Positions 19,716 through 29,587 of a stretch of 32,000 nucleotides of DNA are shown here, one piece after another (within the stretch, counting starts at the first letter, position 1; each line of letters opens with the position of its first letter). The position numbers were made by a program, and so were the translations under genes. The notes beneath the pieces were generated by a model, which was given only the letters and a program-made list of their open reading frames with translations, was not told where the DNA came from and made no database searches. This DNA comes from Methanocaldococcus jannaschii DSM 2661 (lineage in GTDB: Archaea; AGJL01; Methanococci; Methanococcales; Methanocaldococcaceae), in the NCBI RefSeq assembly GCF_000091665.1, contig NC_000909.1, positions 1,192,961-1,224,960 on the forward strand, given 5' to 3'.

Positions 19716-20428
19716 ATGATAAAAGTAAAAAATCTAAACGCTGGTTATGGAAAATTGCAGATACTATTTGATGTGAATGCAAAAATAGAAAAGGGAAAAT
19801 TACCACAGTTGTTGGACCTAATGGTAGTGGAAAATCCACATTTTTAAAAACGTTGTTTGGTTTAACAAAAATATATTCTGGAGAGATTATATTTAAGGAT
19901 AAAGATATAGCAAAAGTCCCTCCACATCAAAAAGCAAGGATGAAAATAGCTTATTTACCACAAACAAACAATGTATTTGCTAATTTGACCGTAGAGGAGA
20001 ACTTAAAAATTGCTGGTTATGTATTAGATAAAGATAAGGTAAAGGAAAGAATTGAAATAGCCTTAAGTGTATTCCCAGAGCTTAAGGACATTTTAAAGAG
20101 AAAGGCAGGAACGCTTAGTGGAGGACAGAGGCAGTTCTTAGCCATGGGTATGGCTTTAGTTAGGGATGCTGAGGTCTTAATGTTAGATGAACCAACTGCT
20201 CAATTGTCACCAAAACTCGCTGAAGTGATATTTGAAAAGATTATTGAGATGAGGGATAACTTTGGACTAACAATTTTGTTGGTTGAGCAAAATGCTAAGA
20301 GAGCTTTAGAGATTAGTGATAACGGCTATATGTTTGTAAGTGGAAGAGTAGCATTTGAGGGAACAGCAGAAGAGTTGTTAAACCATGAGAAATTTAAGGA
20401 ATATTCATTAGGAATAACTGCTGTATAA
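19716..20428 (+). pseudogene. livF: Branched-chain amino acid ABC transporter ATP-binding protein LivF, apparent -1 frameshift before Walker A (possible sequencing error)
   Basis: ATG 19716 after GGTGAT gives [28 protein letters not shown]; frame breaks at AAAA 19796-19799; the other frame reads [28 protein letters not shown] and continues into the track ORF from 19853. Confidence 0.85.
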
Positions 20429-20496
20429 GGTATAATTTTTATAAAACCTAATGAACACATTTGGTCAAGCTTTTACTAAAAGATTTAGGTGAGAAA

Positions 20497-21408
20497 ATGA
20501 TTTTAGAAGGAGCTATTATATACTCCAACCTTTTGGTTTTGTTGGCTTTGGGATTAACTCTAACTTATATAACAACAAACGTTCCAAACTTTGCTCAGGG
20601 AAGTTATGCGATAGTTGGGAGTTATGTTGCTTTAACATTATTAAAGTTGTTTGGTATTTGTCCTTATCTTTCTTTACCAGTTTTATTTGTTGTTGGGGCA
20701 ATTGTTGGTTTAATAACTTATTTAGCTTTAAAGCCCTTGATAAAAAGAAATGCCTCTGTAGAGATTTTAATGATTGCAACTCTTGCTATAGATTTAATAT
20801 TATTGGGTGTTATTGGGGCTTACTCTGAAATATTAAGTCAAATTGTTGGTTCTACTCAAGCAAAATTCGTTTTTGCAAACTTGGATTTTTCATTATTTGG
20901 ATTTAAAGGAATTTTATTTGTTTCAACCTTCGTAGTTATACTACTATTAATTGGACTTTATCTCCTCCTGTATAAAACAAAGTTTGGTATTGCTTTGAGA
21001 GCTTCAATGGAGAATCCTTCATTAGCTCAAACTATGGGAATTGATGTTGAAAAAACAAGATTATTTTCTTGGATTCTTTCTGGAGCTTTAGCTGGAGTTG
21101 CTGGTGGGCTTTTACCTTTCATGCAAGAGATTGTTCCAGCCACTGGGGATTTAATTATTATTTCAATCTTTGCGGCAAGTATTGTTGGAGGTTTAAGGCA
21201 TATAAGTGGAGCATTAATAGGGGGCTATATAATTGGAATATCTGAGAGTTTAATAACTTATTATTTAGCATCAGCATTTGGAACAGGATTTTTGGTTTAT
21301 GGAAAGGTTATCTCCTTAATAATAATGATAGCAACATTATTAATAGCACCTTATGGAATTACTGGAGTCGATTGGAAAAAGTTAAAAAGATTATTATCTA
21401 CTTCATAA
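20497..21408 (+). CDS. livH: Branched-chain amino acid ABC transporter permease LivH
   Basis: LGLTLTYITTNVPNFAQGSYAIVGSYVAL; ASIVGGLRHISGALIGGYIIGI; ATG 20497 after AGGTGA. Confidence 0.92.
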   Translation: MILEGAIIYSNLLVLLALGLTLTYITTNVPNFAQGSYAIVGSYVALTLLKLFGICPYLSLPVLFVVGAIVGLITYLALKPLIKRNASVEILMIATLAIDLILLGVIGAYSEILSQIVGSTQAKFVFANLDFSLFGFKGILFVSTFVVILLLIGLYLLLYKTKFGIALRASMENPSLAQTMGIDVEKTRLFSWILSGALAGVAGGLLPFMQEIVPATGDLIIISIFAASIVGGLRHISGALIGGYIIGISESLITYYLASAFGTGFLVYGKVISLIIMIATLLIAPYGITGVDWKKLKRLLSTS

Positions 21409-21429
21409 TTTAACTTATGGGGTGAAAAT

Positions 21430-22467
21430 ATGAGTATTGATTTAATATCCATGATTTTATTGTGGTTTGGGCTTTATTATATTGTTTCTCTTTCCTTAAA
21501 TATGGAATTTGGTTATGCAGGAATTCCAAACTTTGGTAAGGCATTATCAGTTTTGGTTGGAGCTATTGCAGTTGGGGGAATTTTAGATAGGTTGTTAATG
21601 CTATATTTCGGTATTGGAGGAGATTTTATCACTGGAACTACTTATGCAACATCTGCTATAAACAATTTAATTGCCTCAAATCCAATAGTTGGGATTGGAA
21701 TATTAATATTAGCAATAATATTGGCTTCAATTCTTGGTTTTGTAGTTGGGGCAATCTTTATCTTACCAAGTGCTAAATTAAAGGAGGACTATTTAGGAAT
21801 TACCTTATTAGCTATAAGTGAAGCAGTTCTTTTAATCTGCACATATAACTTAAATATAATTGGTGGTTATTATGGAATTTCAACCCCAGATATATTAGCA
21901 TTTGTCTCTGGAGAATATAGAGGTTGGGTATTTGCATGGATTGTATTATTTATTGCTTTCTTAGTTTATTTATTCTTTGAAAGATTGTTGAATACTCCAT
22001 TTGGTAGAGTATTAAGGGCTATGAGAGAAAATGAAAATACAGTTAAAGCATTTGGTAGAGATATAATGAAATTAAGAATAAAAACAATGGCAATTGGTTC
22101 TGCAATTGGAGCAATTGCAGGGGTTTTGTATTCATTATATACTGTAAATATCATTGCTAATGCATTTACAAGAGTAGATTGGACTTTCTTCCCATTTTTA
22201 ATGGTATTATTGGGAGGAAAGGGAAATAACAAAGGAGTTGCTTTAGGGGTTTTATGTTATGTGATAGTTAAGGTCTTATTAGATATATACAAATATAATA
22301 TAAAATATGCATTAGGTATTCCATTTGAGCCCGTCTGGCTTTCATATATGTTATTTGGAGTTTTAATGCTTCTTATCCTCTACTACAAGCCATCTGGCTT
22401 AATTCCAGAGAAACCAATTATAACTCCACCAATGAAAAAGAAAATCATGGAAATTAGTGGCAAATAA
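21430..22467 (+). CDS. livM: Branched-chain amino acid ABC transporter permease LivM
   Basis: SLNMEFGYAGIPNFGKALSVLVGA; GRVLRAMRENENTVKAFGRD; GGKGNNKGVALG. Confidence 0.92.
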   Translation: MSIDLISMILLWFGLYYIVSLSLNMEFGYAGIPNFGKALSVLVGAIAVGGILDRLLMLYFGIGGDFITGTTYATSAINNLIASNPIVGIGILILAIILASILGFVVGAIFILPSAKLKEDYLGITLLAISEAVLLICTYNLNIIGGYYGISTPDILAFVSGEYRGWVFAWIVLFIAFLVYLFFERLLNTPFGRVLRAMRENENTVKAFGRDIMKLRIKTMAIGSAIGAIAGVLYSLYTVNIIANAFTRVDWTFFPFLMVLLGGKGNNKGVALGVLCYVIVKVLLDIYKYNIKYALGIPFEPVWLSYMLFGVLMLLILYYKPSGLIPEKPIITPPMKKKIMEISGK

Positions 22468-22672
22468 CTAAATATAATAGAATTCTCCCGAGAATAAATG
22501 TTTTTATCATTCTGAAGTAAATATATAGAAACTCCTATAATACCCATTAATAAATTTTATTAATTTCTGAAAGATACCATATTTCCTAAAGAATATTTTT
22601 ATTTGAACATTTTCAGCTCTTTTGAAATTTAATTTTTAAAATTAAGATAAAATATTTTTGTGGTGATAAGAA

Positions 22673-23185
22673 ATGATTATTAAGGGAAGAGCTCACAAAT
22701 TTGGGGATGATGTAGATACAGACGCAATAATTCCAGGACCTTACTTAAGGACTACAGACCCTTACGAGTTAGCTTCACACTGCATGGCAGGGATAGATGA
22801 AAACTTCCCGAAAAAGGTTAAGGAGGGGGATGTGATAGTTGCTGGAGAGAATTTTGGTTGTGGTTCAAGTAGGGAGCAGGCTGTAATAGCAATAAAATAC
22901 TGTGGTATTAAGGCTGTGATAGCAAAAAGCTTTGCAAGAATATTCTATAGAAATGCAATAAACGTTGGATTAATACCAATAATAGCAAATACAGATGAAA
23001 TTAAAGACGGAGACATAGTAGAGATTGATTTAGATAAAGAAGAGATTGTAATAACCAATAAAAACAAAACAATAAAGTGTGAAACACCAAAAGGTTTAGA
23101 AAGAGAAATATTGGCTGCTGGTGGCTTAGTCAATTATTTAAAAAAGAGAAAACTAATACAATCAAAAAAAGGTGTAAAAACATGA
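22673..23185 (+). CDS. hacB: Homoaconitase/isopropylmalate dehydratase small subunit, homoaconitase-type
   Basis: [52 protein letters not shown]; YLRT loop is the homoaconitase-type specificity loop. Confidence 0.9.
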   Translation: MIIKGRAHKFGDDVDTDAIIPGPYLRTTDPYELASHCMAGIDENFPKKVKEGDVIVAGENFGCGSSREQAVIAIKYCGIKAVIAKSFARIFYRNAINVGLIPIIANTDEIKDGDIVEIDLDKEEIVITNKNKTIKCETPKGLEREILAAGGLVNYLKKRKLIQSKKGVKT

Positions 23186-23673
23186 TGTTGGAGTTAAATG
23201 GACTACATGCAGGTTTAAGGTTTTCATCAGCCCATATTGTATTTGGACATCCAACTTGTGGGGTTATACATGGACATTCTTATTATGTAGATGTAAAACT
23301 TTATGGAGAGAGGGCTGGAGACTTCAAATTTGTATGTGATTTTAAAATAATTAAAAAAATTGTAAAAGAGATTTGTGATGAATTAGACCACAAATTAATA
23401 CTTCCAAAAAATCATGAACATGTATATTATGAGTTAAGAGATAAAACCCTATACTTTAAATATGAGAATAAAGAATACAGTATTCCTGTTGAGGATGTCA
23501 TTTTATTACCTATTCCATCAACTACAGCTGAAGATTTAGCAATATATTTTGCCAATGAAATAGCAGATAGATTAAAAAATCTCGGTTTTTCTAATATAAA
23601 TTGGATAGAGGTCTCTATCAATGAGGGAATAGGACAGGGAGCTTGCTATAGAAAATACTTAGAGGTGAAATAA
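23182..23673 (+). CDS. 6-pyruvoyltetrahydropterin synthase / QueD-like protein
   Basis: RFSSAHIVFGHPTCGVIHGHSYYVDVKLYGE metal-binding HxH plus VCDFKIIKKIVKEICDELDHKLIL. Confidence 0.85.
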   Translation: MMLELNGLHAGLRFSSAHIVFGHPTCGVIHGHSYYVDVKLYGERAGDFKFVCDFKIIKKIVKEICDELDHKLILPKNHEHVYYELRDKTLYFKYENKEYSIPVEDVILLPIPSTTAEDLAIYFANEIADRLKNLGFSNINWIEVSINEGIGQGACYRKYLEVK

Positions 23674-24725
23674 TGGAAAGAATCTTAGAGAAGGTTAGAG
23701 CAAAGTCAGAGATTCCAGTATATGACAAATCAATTGAGAATGTTTTGTCAGCTATTTTAACAACCAACGATTTTTGGAAGATTGTTGATTTAAGTGAGGA
23801 ACCATTACCTTTAGTTGCTGATATTATAAGAATTTTAGAAGAGGAGGGATTAGTAAAGATAAGTAATGGAATAGAATTTACTGAAAAAGGAAATGAATTT
23901 ATAAAATCCTATGGAATTGGAGCTAAAGATAATAGTGTTTGTGAATGCTGTGAAGGGAGGGGGGTTTCTTTAAAGAACTACCAAGATTTATTAGAGAGAT
24001 TTAAAGAGATTGTTAAAAATAGACCAATGCCAAAACACGAATACGACCAAGGTTTCGTTACACCAGAATGCACAATTTCAAGAATCGCTTTAATGAACTC
24101 AAGAGGAGATTTATTCAATAAGGATGTTTTAGTTTTAGGGGATGATGACTTAACAAGTATTGCTTTAATGCTCTCAAATCTTCCAAAAAAAATAGTTGTT
24201 GTTGATATTGACGATAGATTAATCAACTTCATAAAAGAGGTTGCTGAGCAATTAAATTACAAAAATATAGAAGTTATAACCTTAGATTTAAGAAAACCAC
24301 TTCCAGAGAAATACAGCAGAGCGTTTGATACTTTTATAACAGACCCACCAGAAACAGTTTATGCTGTAAAAACATTCATTGGTAGAGGAATATCAGCATT
24401 AAAAGGAGAGAGAAGAGCTGGTTACTTTGGAATTACAAGAAGAGAGAGTTCATTGGATAAGTGGAGAGAAATTCAAAGAACATTGATAAACGACTTCAAT
24501 GTGGTTATAACTGACATAATAAGGAATTTCAACCACTATGTAAATTGGGGTTATGAAGAAGAAACAAGAGCTTGGAAATTAGCTCCTGTAAAGAAAAAAC
24601 CAGAAGATATTTGGTATAAATCCTATATGTTCAGAATAGAGACATTGAAGGATAGCAGAGGATTTGAAGAAGAAGTTGATGTTGGAGATGAGTTATACAA
24701 CGATGCTGAAAGTTCAACAACATAA
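23673..24725 (+). CDS. bpsA: N4-bis(aminopropyl)spermidine synthase (branched-chain polyamine synthase)
   Basis: KDVLVLGDDDLTSIALM, ITDPPETVYAVKTFIGRG; N-terminal winged-helix-like region; HEYDQGFVTPECT. Confidence 0.88.
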   Translation: MERILEKVRAKSEIPVYDKSIENVLSAILTTNDFWKIVDLSEEPLPLVADIIRILEEEGLVKISNGIEFTEKGNEFIKSYGIGAKDNSVCECCEGRGVSLKNYQDLLERFKEIVKNRPMPKHEYDQGFVTPECTISRIALMNSRGDLFNKDVLVLGDDDLTSIALMLSNLPKKIVVVDIDDRLINFIKEVAEQLNYKNIEVITLDLRKPLPEKYSRAFDTFITDPPETVYAVKTFIGRGISALKGERRAGYFGITRRESSLDKWREIQRTLINDFNVVITDIIRNFNHYVNWGYEEETRAWKLAPVKKKPEDIWYKSYMFRIETLKDSRGFEEEVDVGDELYNDAESSTT

Positions 24726-24741
24726 AAAATTTTTAAAATTT

Positions 24742-25515
24742 TTAAATATTTTCACATAAATATTTTAATGCATCTTCTTCCATAAAATGAAGTTTTCCTG
24801 GAATTATTATGCAATGCAAAGGCTCACCAAAATCATAATTAATTAAATCTTTTATCTTCCCATAGACAAGTTTTGGTTTTAAACTTCCAGCTCTTGCAAC
24901 CACCACAGCCTTTGTATCTTCATTTATAATTCCTTCTTTCTTTCTATTTTCTAATTCTAACAACACTTTTAATCCTTCATTTGCTGTCATAAACCTCTTT
25001 TCATTTTCATCAATCCTAATATCCAATAAGCAGAGAGTATGCAACCCTCTCTCTAAGTTTTCCTTTATTACATTGTATGGAGTTTCTGGAAAGTAGTTTT
25101 CTTCTGGAAAGACAATTGATGTAGTTTTACCAAATTTATACAACTGCAATCCAGTAATTCCAACAGCTGAATATATGGATGGAGCATTTATTATTAAAAC
25201 TTCAATCCCTTTCTTTTTTGCCTCTATTGCTAAATCAACGTGTGTTGTAGCAACCATTGGGTCGCCAGCAGTTAAAAACATTATGTCTTTATCCTTTGCC
25301 TCTTCTATCAACTTATATCCATTGTATTCAACATCTTTCCTACTTAAAACATGAATCTTTTTACCTAAAACCTCTTCTATTTTTTCAGTTGTAGTTCCAG
25401 TTAAAACTGCAGTGTAGAATTCAGCATAGATTTTCTCAGCTTTTTTGGCAAATTTTAAGGTTTTTAAGGTCATGTCATTTTCATCATACAATCCTAAACC
25501 CGCTAAGATTAGCAT
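24742..25515 (-). CDS. dphB: Diphthine synthase
   Basis: MLILAGLGLYDENDMTLKTL, FLTAGDPMVATTHVDLAIEAKKKG, INAPSIYSAVGITGLQLYKFGKT. Confidence 0.94.
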   Translation of the reverse strand: MLILAGLGLYDENDMTLKTLKFAKKAEKIYAEFYTAVLTGTTTEKIEEVLGKKIHVLSRKDVEYNGYKLIEEAKDKDIMFLTAGDPMVATTHVDLAIEAKKKGIEVLIINAPSIYSAVGITGLQLYKFGKTTSIVFPEENYFPETPYNVIKENLERGLHTLCLLDIRIDENEKRFMTANEGLKVLLELENRKKEGIINEDTKAVVVARAGSLKPKLVYGKIKDLINYDFGEPLHCIIIPGKLHFMEEDALKYLCENI

Positions 25516-25637
25516 TTATATCACCAATTTTTCATGTCTTTCAAAACTTTTAGAATGACTAAGAATGGTTCCAGCAAAAGGGTTATATATTAAAATAGCC
25601 CTCTAACCTAAACAATTAAAATTTTGATGGTGGGGTA

Positions 25638-26804
25638 ATGGAAAGTTATTATTATGTGTTCTTCATAATATTATCAATAATCTTCATTGTGCCTAATCTA
25701 TTAAAGAAGTTTAACATCCCTGCCATAACATCCATTATGATTGCAGGGATTATTATAGGTCCTTATGGGTTAAATATATTGCAGGTGGATGAGACATTAA
25801 AAATACTTGCAGATTTTGGAGCGATTATGTTAATGTTTTTAGCAGGACTTGAAGTAGATAATGAAACTTTAAAACAAGAGTTTAAGAACTCCCTAATTTT
25901 AAGTTTATTCTCACTACTAATCCCTGGTGTTGGAGGTTACCTAATTGGGCAGTATTTAGGTCTTGGATTTATTGGGAGTTTGTTATATGCTGTAATATTT
26001 GCGTCTCATTCTGTAGCAATTGTTTATGCAATATTAGAAGAGCTGAAAATGGTTAAAACAAGATTGGGGACTATAATTTTAAGTGCTACAATTATCGTTG
26101 ATTTATTTACTCTTCTTTTATTATCAGTAGTTATAAAGTTAGGGATTGGTGGAGAGAATGTGGGAACATTCTTATTAGAGACAGTTTTATACATTGGTGT
26201 GTTACTTTTAGCTATCCCATCACTATCCAAAAATATCCTTGGAGTATTTGAAAAGCTTCACGCTCAAAGAATACACTATGTTTTATTTATTATATTCATT
26301 GCCATAATAGTTGGGGAGGTTATTGGAATTCATCCAATAGTTGGGGCTTTTATCTGTGGTGTTGCTGTTAGTGAAGCTTTAACTAAAGAAGAGCATGATG
26401 AACTTCTAAACAAAAATTTGAATGCAATTGGTTATGGTTTCTTTATACCAATATTCTTCTTAGTTTTAGGAATGGAGACAAATATAAGAGTTATATTTAA
26501 TTTAAGTAACTTAGAGCTTTTATTAATCACACTAATTTCAGCAGTGGCGTTAAAATTTATCTCTGGTTTTATCGCTTTAAGAATTTTAGGTTTTGATAGA
26601 ATAAAAAATACTATTGGAGGTTTATTAACAGTTCCAAAAATTTCAGCTTCGTTAGTAGCAGCATCAATTGGAAGAGAACTTGGTTTAATAGGAAATGAAA
26701 TATTTGTAACAATTGTAGCTCTCTCTGTAATAACAGCTACAATAACTCCAATAGTGGTGAAGCATATATTTGTTGCAAAATGTAATAAAAAAGCTAAAAA
26801 TTAA
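25638..26804 (+). CDS. Na+/H+ antiporter (CPA2/NapA-KefB family)
   Basis: 388 aa polytopic; LDADFG-like LADFGAIMLMFLAGLEVD, GFFIPIFFLVLGMETN, LLTVPKISASLVAASIGRELG. Confidence 0.88.
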   Translation: MESYYYVFFIILSIIFIVPNLLKKFNIPAITSIMIAGIIIGPYGLNILQVDETLKILADFGAIMLMFLAGLEVDNETLKQEFKNSLILSLFSLLIPGVGGYLIGQYLGLGFIGSLLYAVIFASHSVAIVYAILEELKMVKTRLGTIILSATIIVDLFTLLLLSVVIKLGIGGENVGTFLLETVLYIGVLLLAIPSLSKNILGVFEKLHAQRIHYVLFIIFIAIIVGEVIGIHPIVGAFICGVAVSEALTKEEHDELLNKNLNAIGYGFFIPIFFLVLGMETNIRVIFNLSNLELLLITLISAVALKFISGFIALRILGFDRIKNTIGGLLTVPKISASLVAASIGRELGLIGNEIFVTIVALSVITATITPIVVKHIFVAKCNKKAKN

Positions 26805-26813
26805 TTTTTTTAA

Positions 26814-26843
26814 ATCTTAATATCATCCATTCCTGATTTTAAC
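26814..26843 (-). CRISPR. Degenerate distal CRISPR repeat
   Basis: Shares CTGATTTTAAC (26833-26843) with the consensus at a spacing compatible with an array repeat; the rest has diverged. Confidence 0.75.
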
Positions 26844-26884
26844 TACAGGAAATCTCAATGAGAGTGATTTAGAGTTCATAAAGG

Positions 26885-27205
26885 TTTCCATCCTCCAAGA
26901 GGTCTGATTTTAACCAGGAGATTAATTTATTCCCAATTATATTGATATTTTTAGCTATAATTTCCATCCTCCAAGAGGTCTGATTTTAACGAGGAGAACT
27001 AATATATTACAATAATAATAATAATTTATTAAGTTTCCATCCTCCAAGAGGTCTGATTTTAACAATGGTGTCATTTATGAACTATCAGAATGCAATTAAC
27101 GTTTCCATCCTCCAAGAGGTCTGATTTTAACGGAGGATATAAAGGAAGGATTAGGGGAAGCAGTTAGACAATTGGTTTCCATCCTCCAAGAGGTCTGATT
27201 TTAAC
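26885..27205 (-). CRISPR. CRISPR array, 5 identical 30-bp repeats (a leading G precedes four of them) and 4 spacers of 38-46 bp
   Basis: TTTCCATCCTCCAAGAGGTCTGATTTTAAC at 26885-26914, 26961-26990, 27034-27063, 27102-27131, 27176-27205. Minus-strand form GTTAAAATCAGACCTCTTGGAGGATGGAAA plus distal degeneration on the left imply transcription from the right. Confidence 0.98.
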
Positions 27206-27345
27206 AGGCGGTCATATCAGATGATTTATTTTATAATCTTTCTGATATTTATATTTTACTACCCACATTTTACCGATGGGTAGGTTTCACCTTTTATTTA
27301 TATACCATTAACCAATATTTAAACTTTTCTCTATGGTATAAACTT
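27206..27345 (-). promoter_or_regulatory. Probable CRISPR leader region
   Basis: AT-rich DNA abutting repeat 5, opposite the degenerate repeat; contains CTACCCA/TGGGTAG (27259-27265/27277-27283) and TATACCAT/ATGGTATA (27301-27308/27333-27340). Confidence 0.55.
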
Positions 27346-27684
27346 GGTTTTTAAAATATTTGATTTTCAAAATAAAAATTAATCATTGGAGAAATCTCAA
27401 AATAAAAACAATTAAGTAGAATTTTTTAAAAATCCCTATAATTTAACAAATCCAAATAAATAAAATTTTTAAAATAAGCTACCCTTAGAAATTAGATAAA
27501 AAAGGTTAAAAATAATGATATCAGATTTTAAATGGGTTTTTCCTAATTATAAATGTATTGAACGAGATAAACTTTCCAAATCCATATAAAATTAAAAATC
27601 CTAGTCCTAGTGTATTACGACAAAATTATAAATTGGTAATAAAAATATTATGTAAAAAATACAATAAGCATAAAGAAATCTCTA

Positions 27685-29346
27685 TTAATCATATCTTAAT
27701 ACAGCTCCCTCATCAGCTGAACTTACAAGCTTAGCATATCTTGCTAAATAACCTTTTTTAACCTTAGGTTCAGGTTTTTTCCATTTGGCTAATCTCTCTT
27801 TAATCTCTTCTTCATCTAAAGCTAAATCCAACTTCTTGTTTATCATGTCTATTTTTATAATATCTCCATCTTCAACTATCGCTATCGGACCTCCAGCCAT
27901 TGCCTCTGGAGAAACGTGCCCAATACACGGTCCTCTACTTCCTCCGCTGAATCTTCCATCTGTAATTAAAGCGACAGAATCATCCAACCCCATTCCACAT
28001 ATTGCTGAAGTTGGAGCCAACATTTCCCTCATTCCTGGCCCTCCTGCAGGCCCCTCATATCTGATAACCACAACATCTCCTCTCTCAATATCTCCCCCCA
28101 ATATAGCATCAACTGCCTCTTCCTCACTATCAAAGACTCTTGCAGGCCCTTCATGCTTATACATTTTTGGATTTACAGCTCCGATTTTAACAACTGCTCC
28201 GTTAGGAGCTAAGCTTCCTTTCAATATTCTCAAACCAGCTGTTTCATGAACTGGATTATCTACAGGTCTTATTACACTATAATCAATGTATTTAACCTCT
28301 TTAATTATTTCTCCAATGGTTTTTCCACTAACTGTTAAGCATTCTTTTCTTATTTTTTCCTCTAAAACCTTTAAAACAGCTGGAATTCCTCCAGCTCTGT
28401 GCAAGTCAATTATAAAGTGCTCTCCACCAGGTCTTAAAGAAGCTATGTGAGGAACTTCACCAGATAATCTATCAAAGTCATCCAATGTTATGAACTTTGG
28501 CTTTACCTCATTTGCTATTGCCGGAATATGTAGAGTTGTATTTGTTGAACCACCCAAAGCTAAATCTACCAAAATGGCATTTTCAAATGCCTCCTTAGTT
28601 AAAATCTTATCTGGAGTTATGTTGTTTCTAACTAAATCAACTATTCTCATCCCACTTCTTTTAGCTATTCTTATCTTCTCTGCTGTTGTTGCATGTGATG
28701 TTGCACAATATGGCAAAGAGAGGCCCATAGCCTCTGTTAAGCAAGCCATGGTATTTGCTGTAAATAGTCCAGCACAACTACCAGCTCCTGGGCAGGCAAT
28801 ATCTTCAATCTCTTTAAGTTCTTCCTCTGTAATTTTTCCAGCTGCACAAGCTCCAACTCCCTCAAATACACTAATTAAATCATACTTTTTCCCTCTCAAC
28901 TCTCCAGGAAACATCGGCCCCCCAGTAACAACTATAAATGGTAATCCAGTTCTTATAGCTCCCATTATCATTCCAGGAACTATTTTGTCGCATGAAGGAA
29001 TTAAAACTAATCCATCAAATCCATGAGCTTTTGCCATACTCTCTACAGTATCTGCTATAATTTCCCTTGAAGGTAAGGAATATTTCATCCCCTCATGTCC
29101 CATTGCTATTCCATCACATATTGCCATTGTGTTGAATTCAAAGGCAGTTCCTCCATTTGCGTAAATTCCTTTTTTAACTGCCTCAGCAATATCTCTTAAA
29201 TGAATATGCCCAGGAACAACTTCGGTAAAGCTATTAACAACTCCAATAAATGGTCTCTCCAATTCCTCATCTGTATATCCACAAGCCTTTAATAAACTTC
29301 TATTTGGAGCTCTTTTTAATCCTTTTTTTACTCTATCACTTATCAT
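27685..29346 (-). CDS. ilvD: Dihydroxy-acid dehydratase
   Basis: [69 protein letters not shown]. Track start 29370 possible. Confidence 0.96.
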
Positions 29347-29366
29347 CTTCTCCCTCTTCATAAAAT

Positions 29367-29566
29367 TCAATTTCTGAATTTGAATTTTTTTCTAAATTCT
29401 TCACATTCTTTTTCAATTTTTTCAACATCTACACCTTTTCCATAAGTTTATAGAATTTCTCTCCCAAGATTTTTTTCTTGATGAAATTTTCAAGCTCCTT
29501 TTTGAATTTATTTTTATCAATAAATTCTGGAATTTCAAAAGTTAAAGTTATCGTCTGTGTAGCCAT
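29367..29566 (-). pseudogene. Short antitoxin-like ORF with apparent one-base deletion (not in supplied ORF track)
   Basis: Minus ATG 29566 after GGTGGT: MATQTITLTFEIPEFIDKNKFKKELENFIKKKILGEKFYKLMEKV* (stop 29429). Adding one base near 29446 gives ...[32 protein letters not shown] ending at 29367. Confidence 0.55.
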
Positions 29567-29587
29567 AATTACCACCAAAAAATAAAA

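Noticed and set aside
22482-22563. Short palindromes ATTCTC-CC-GAGAAT and TTAATAAA-T-TTTATTAA between livM and hacB
   Set aside because: Short AT-rich arms, no shared architecture with the four TIR elements; explainable by composition or a terminator-like hairpin.
28490-29026. 178-aa plus-strand ORF inside ilvD, and other antisense ORFs (27785-28249, 15201-15518, 15451-15861, 12930-13208)
   Set aside because: Proline/serine/leucine-rich antisense shadows of strongly conserved genes (ilvD, purL, metG), without RBS or recognisable domains.
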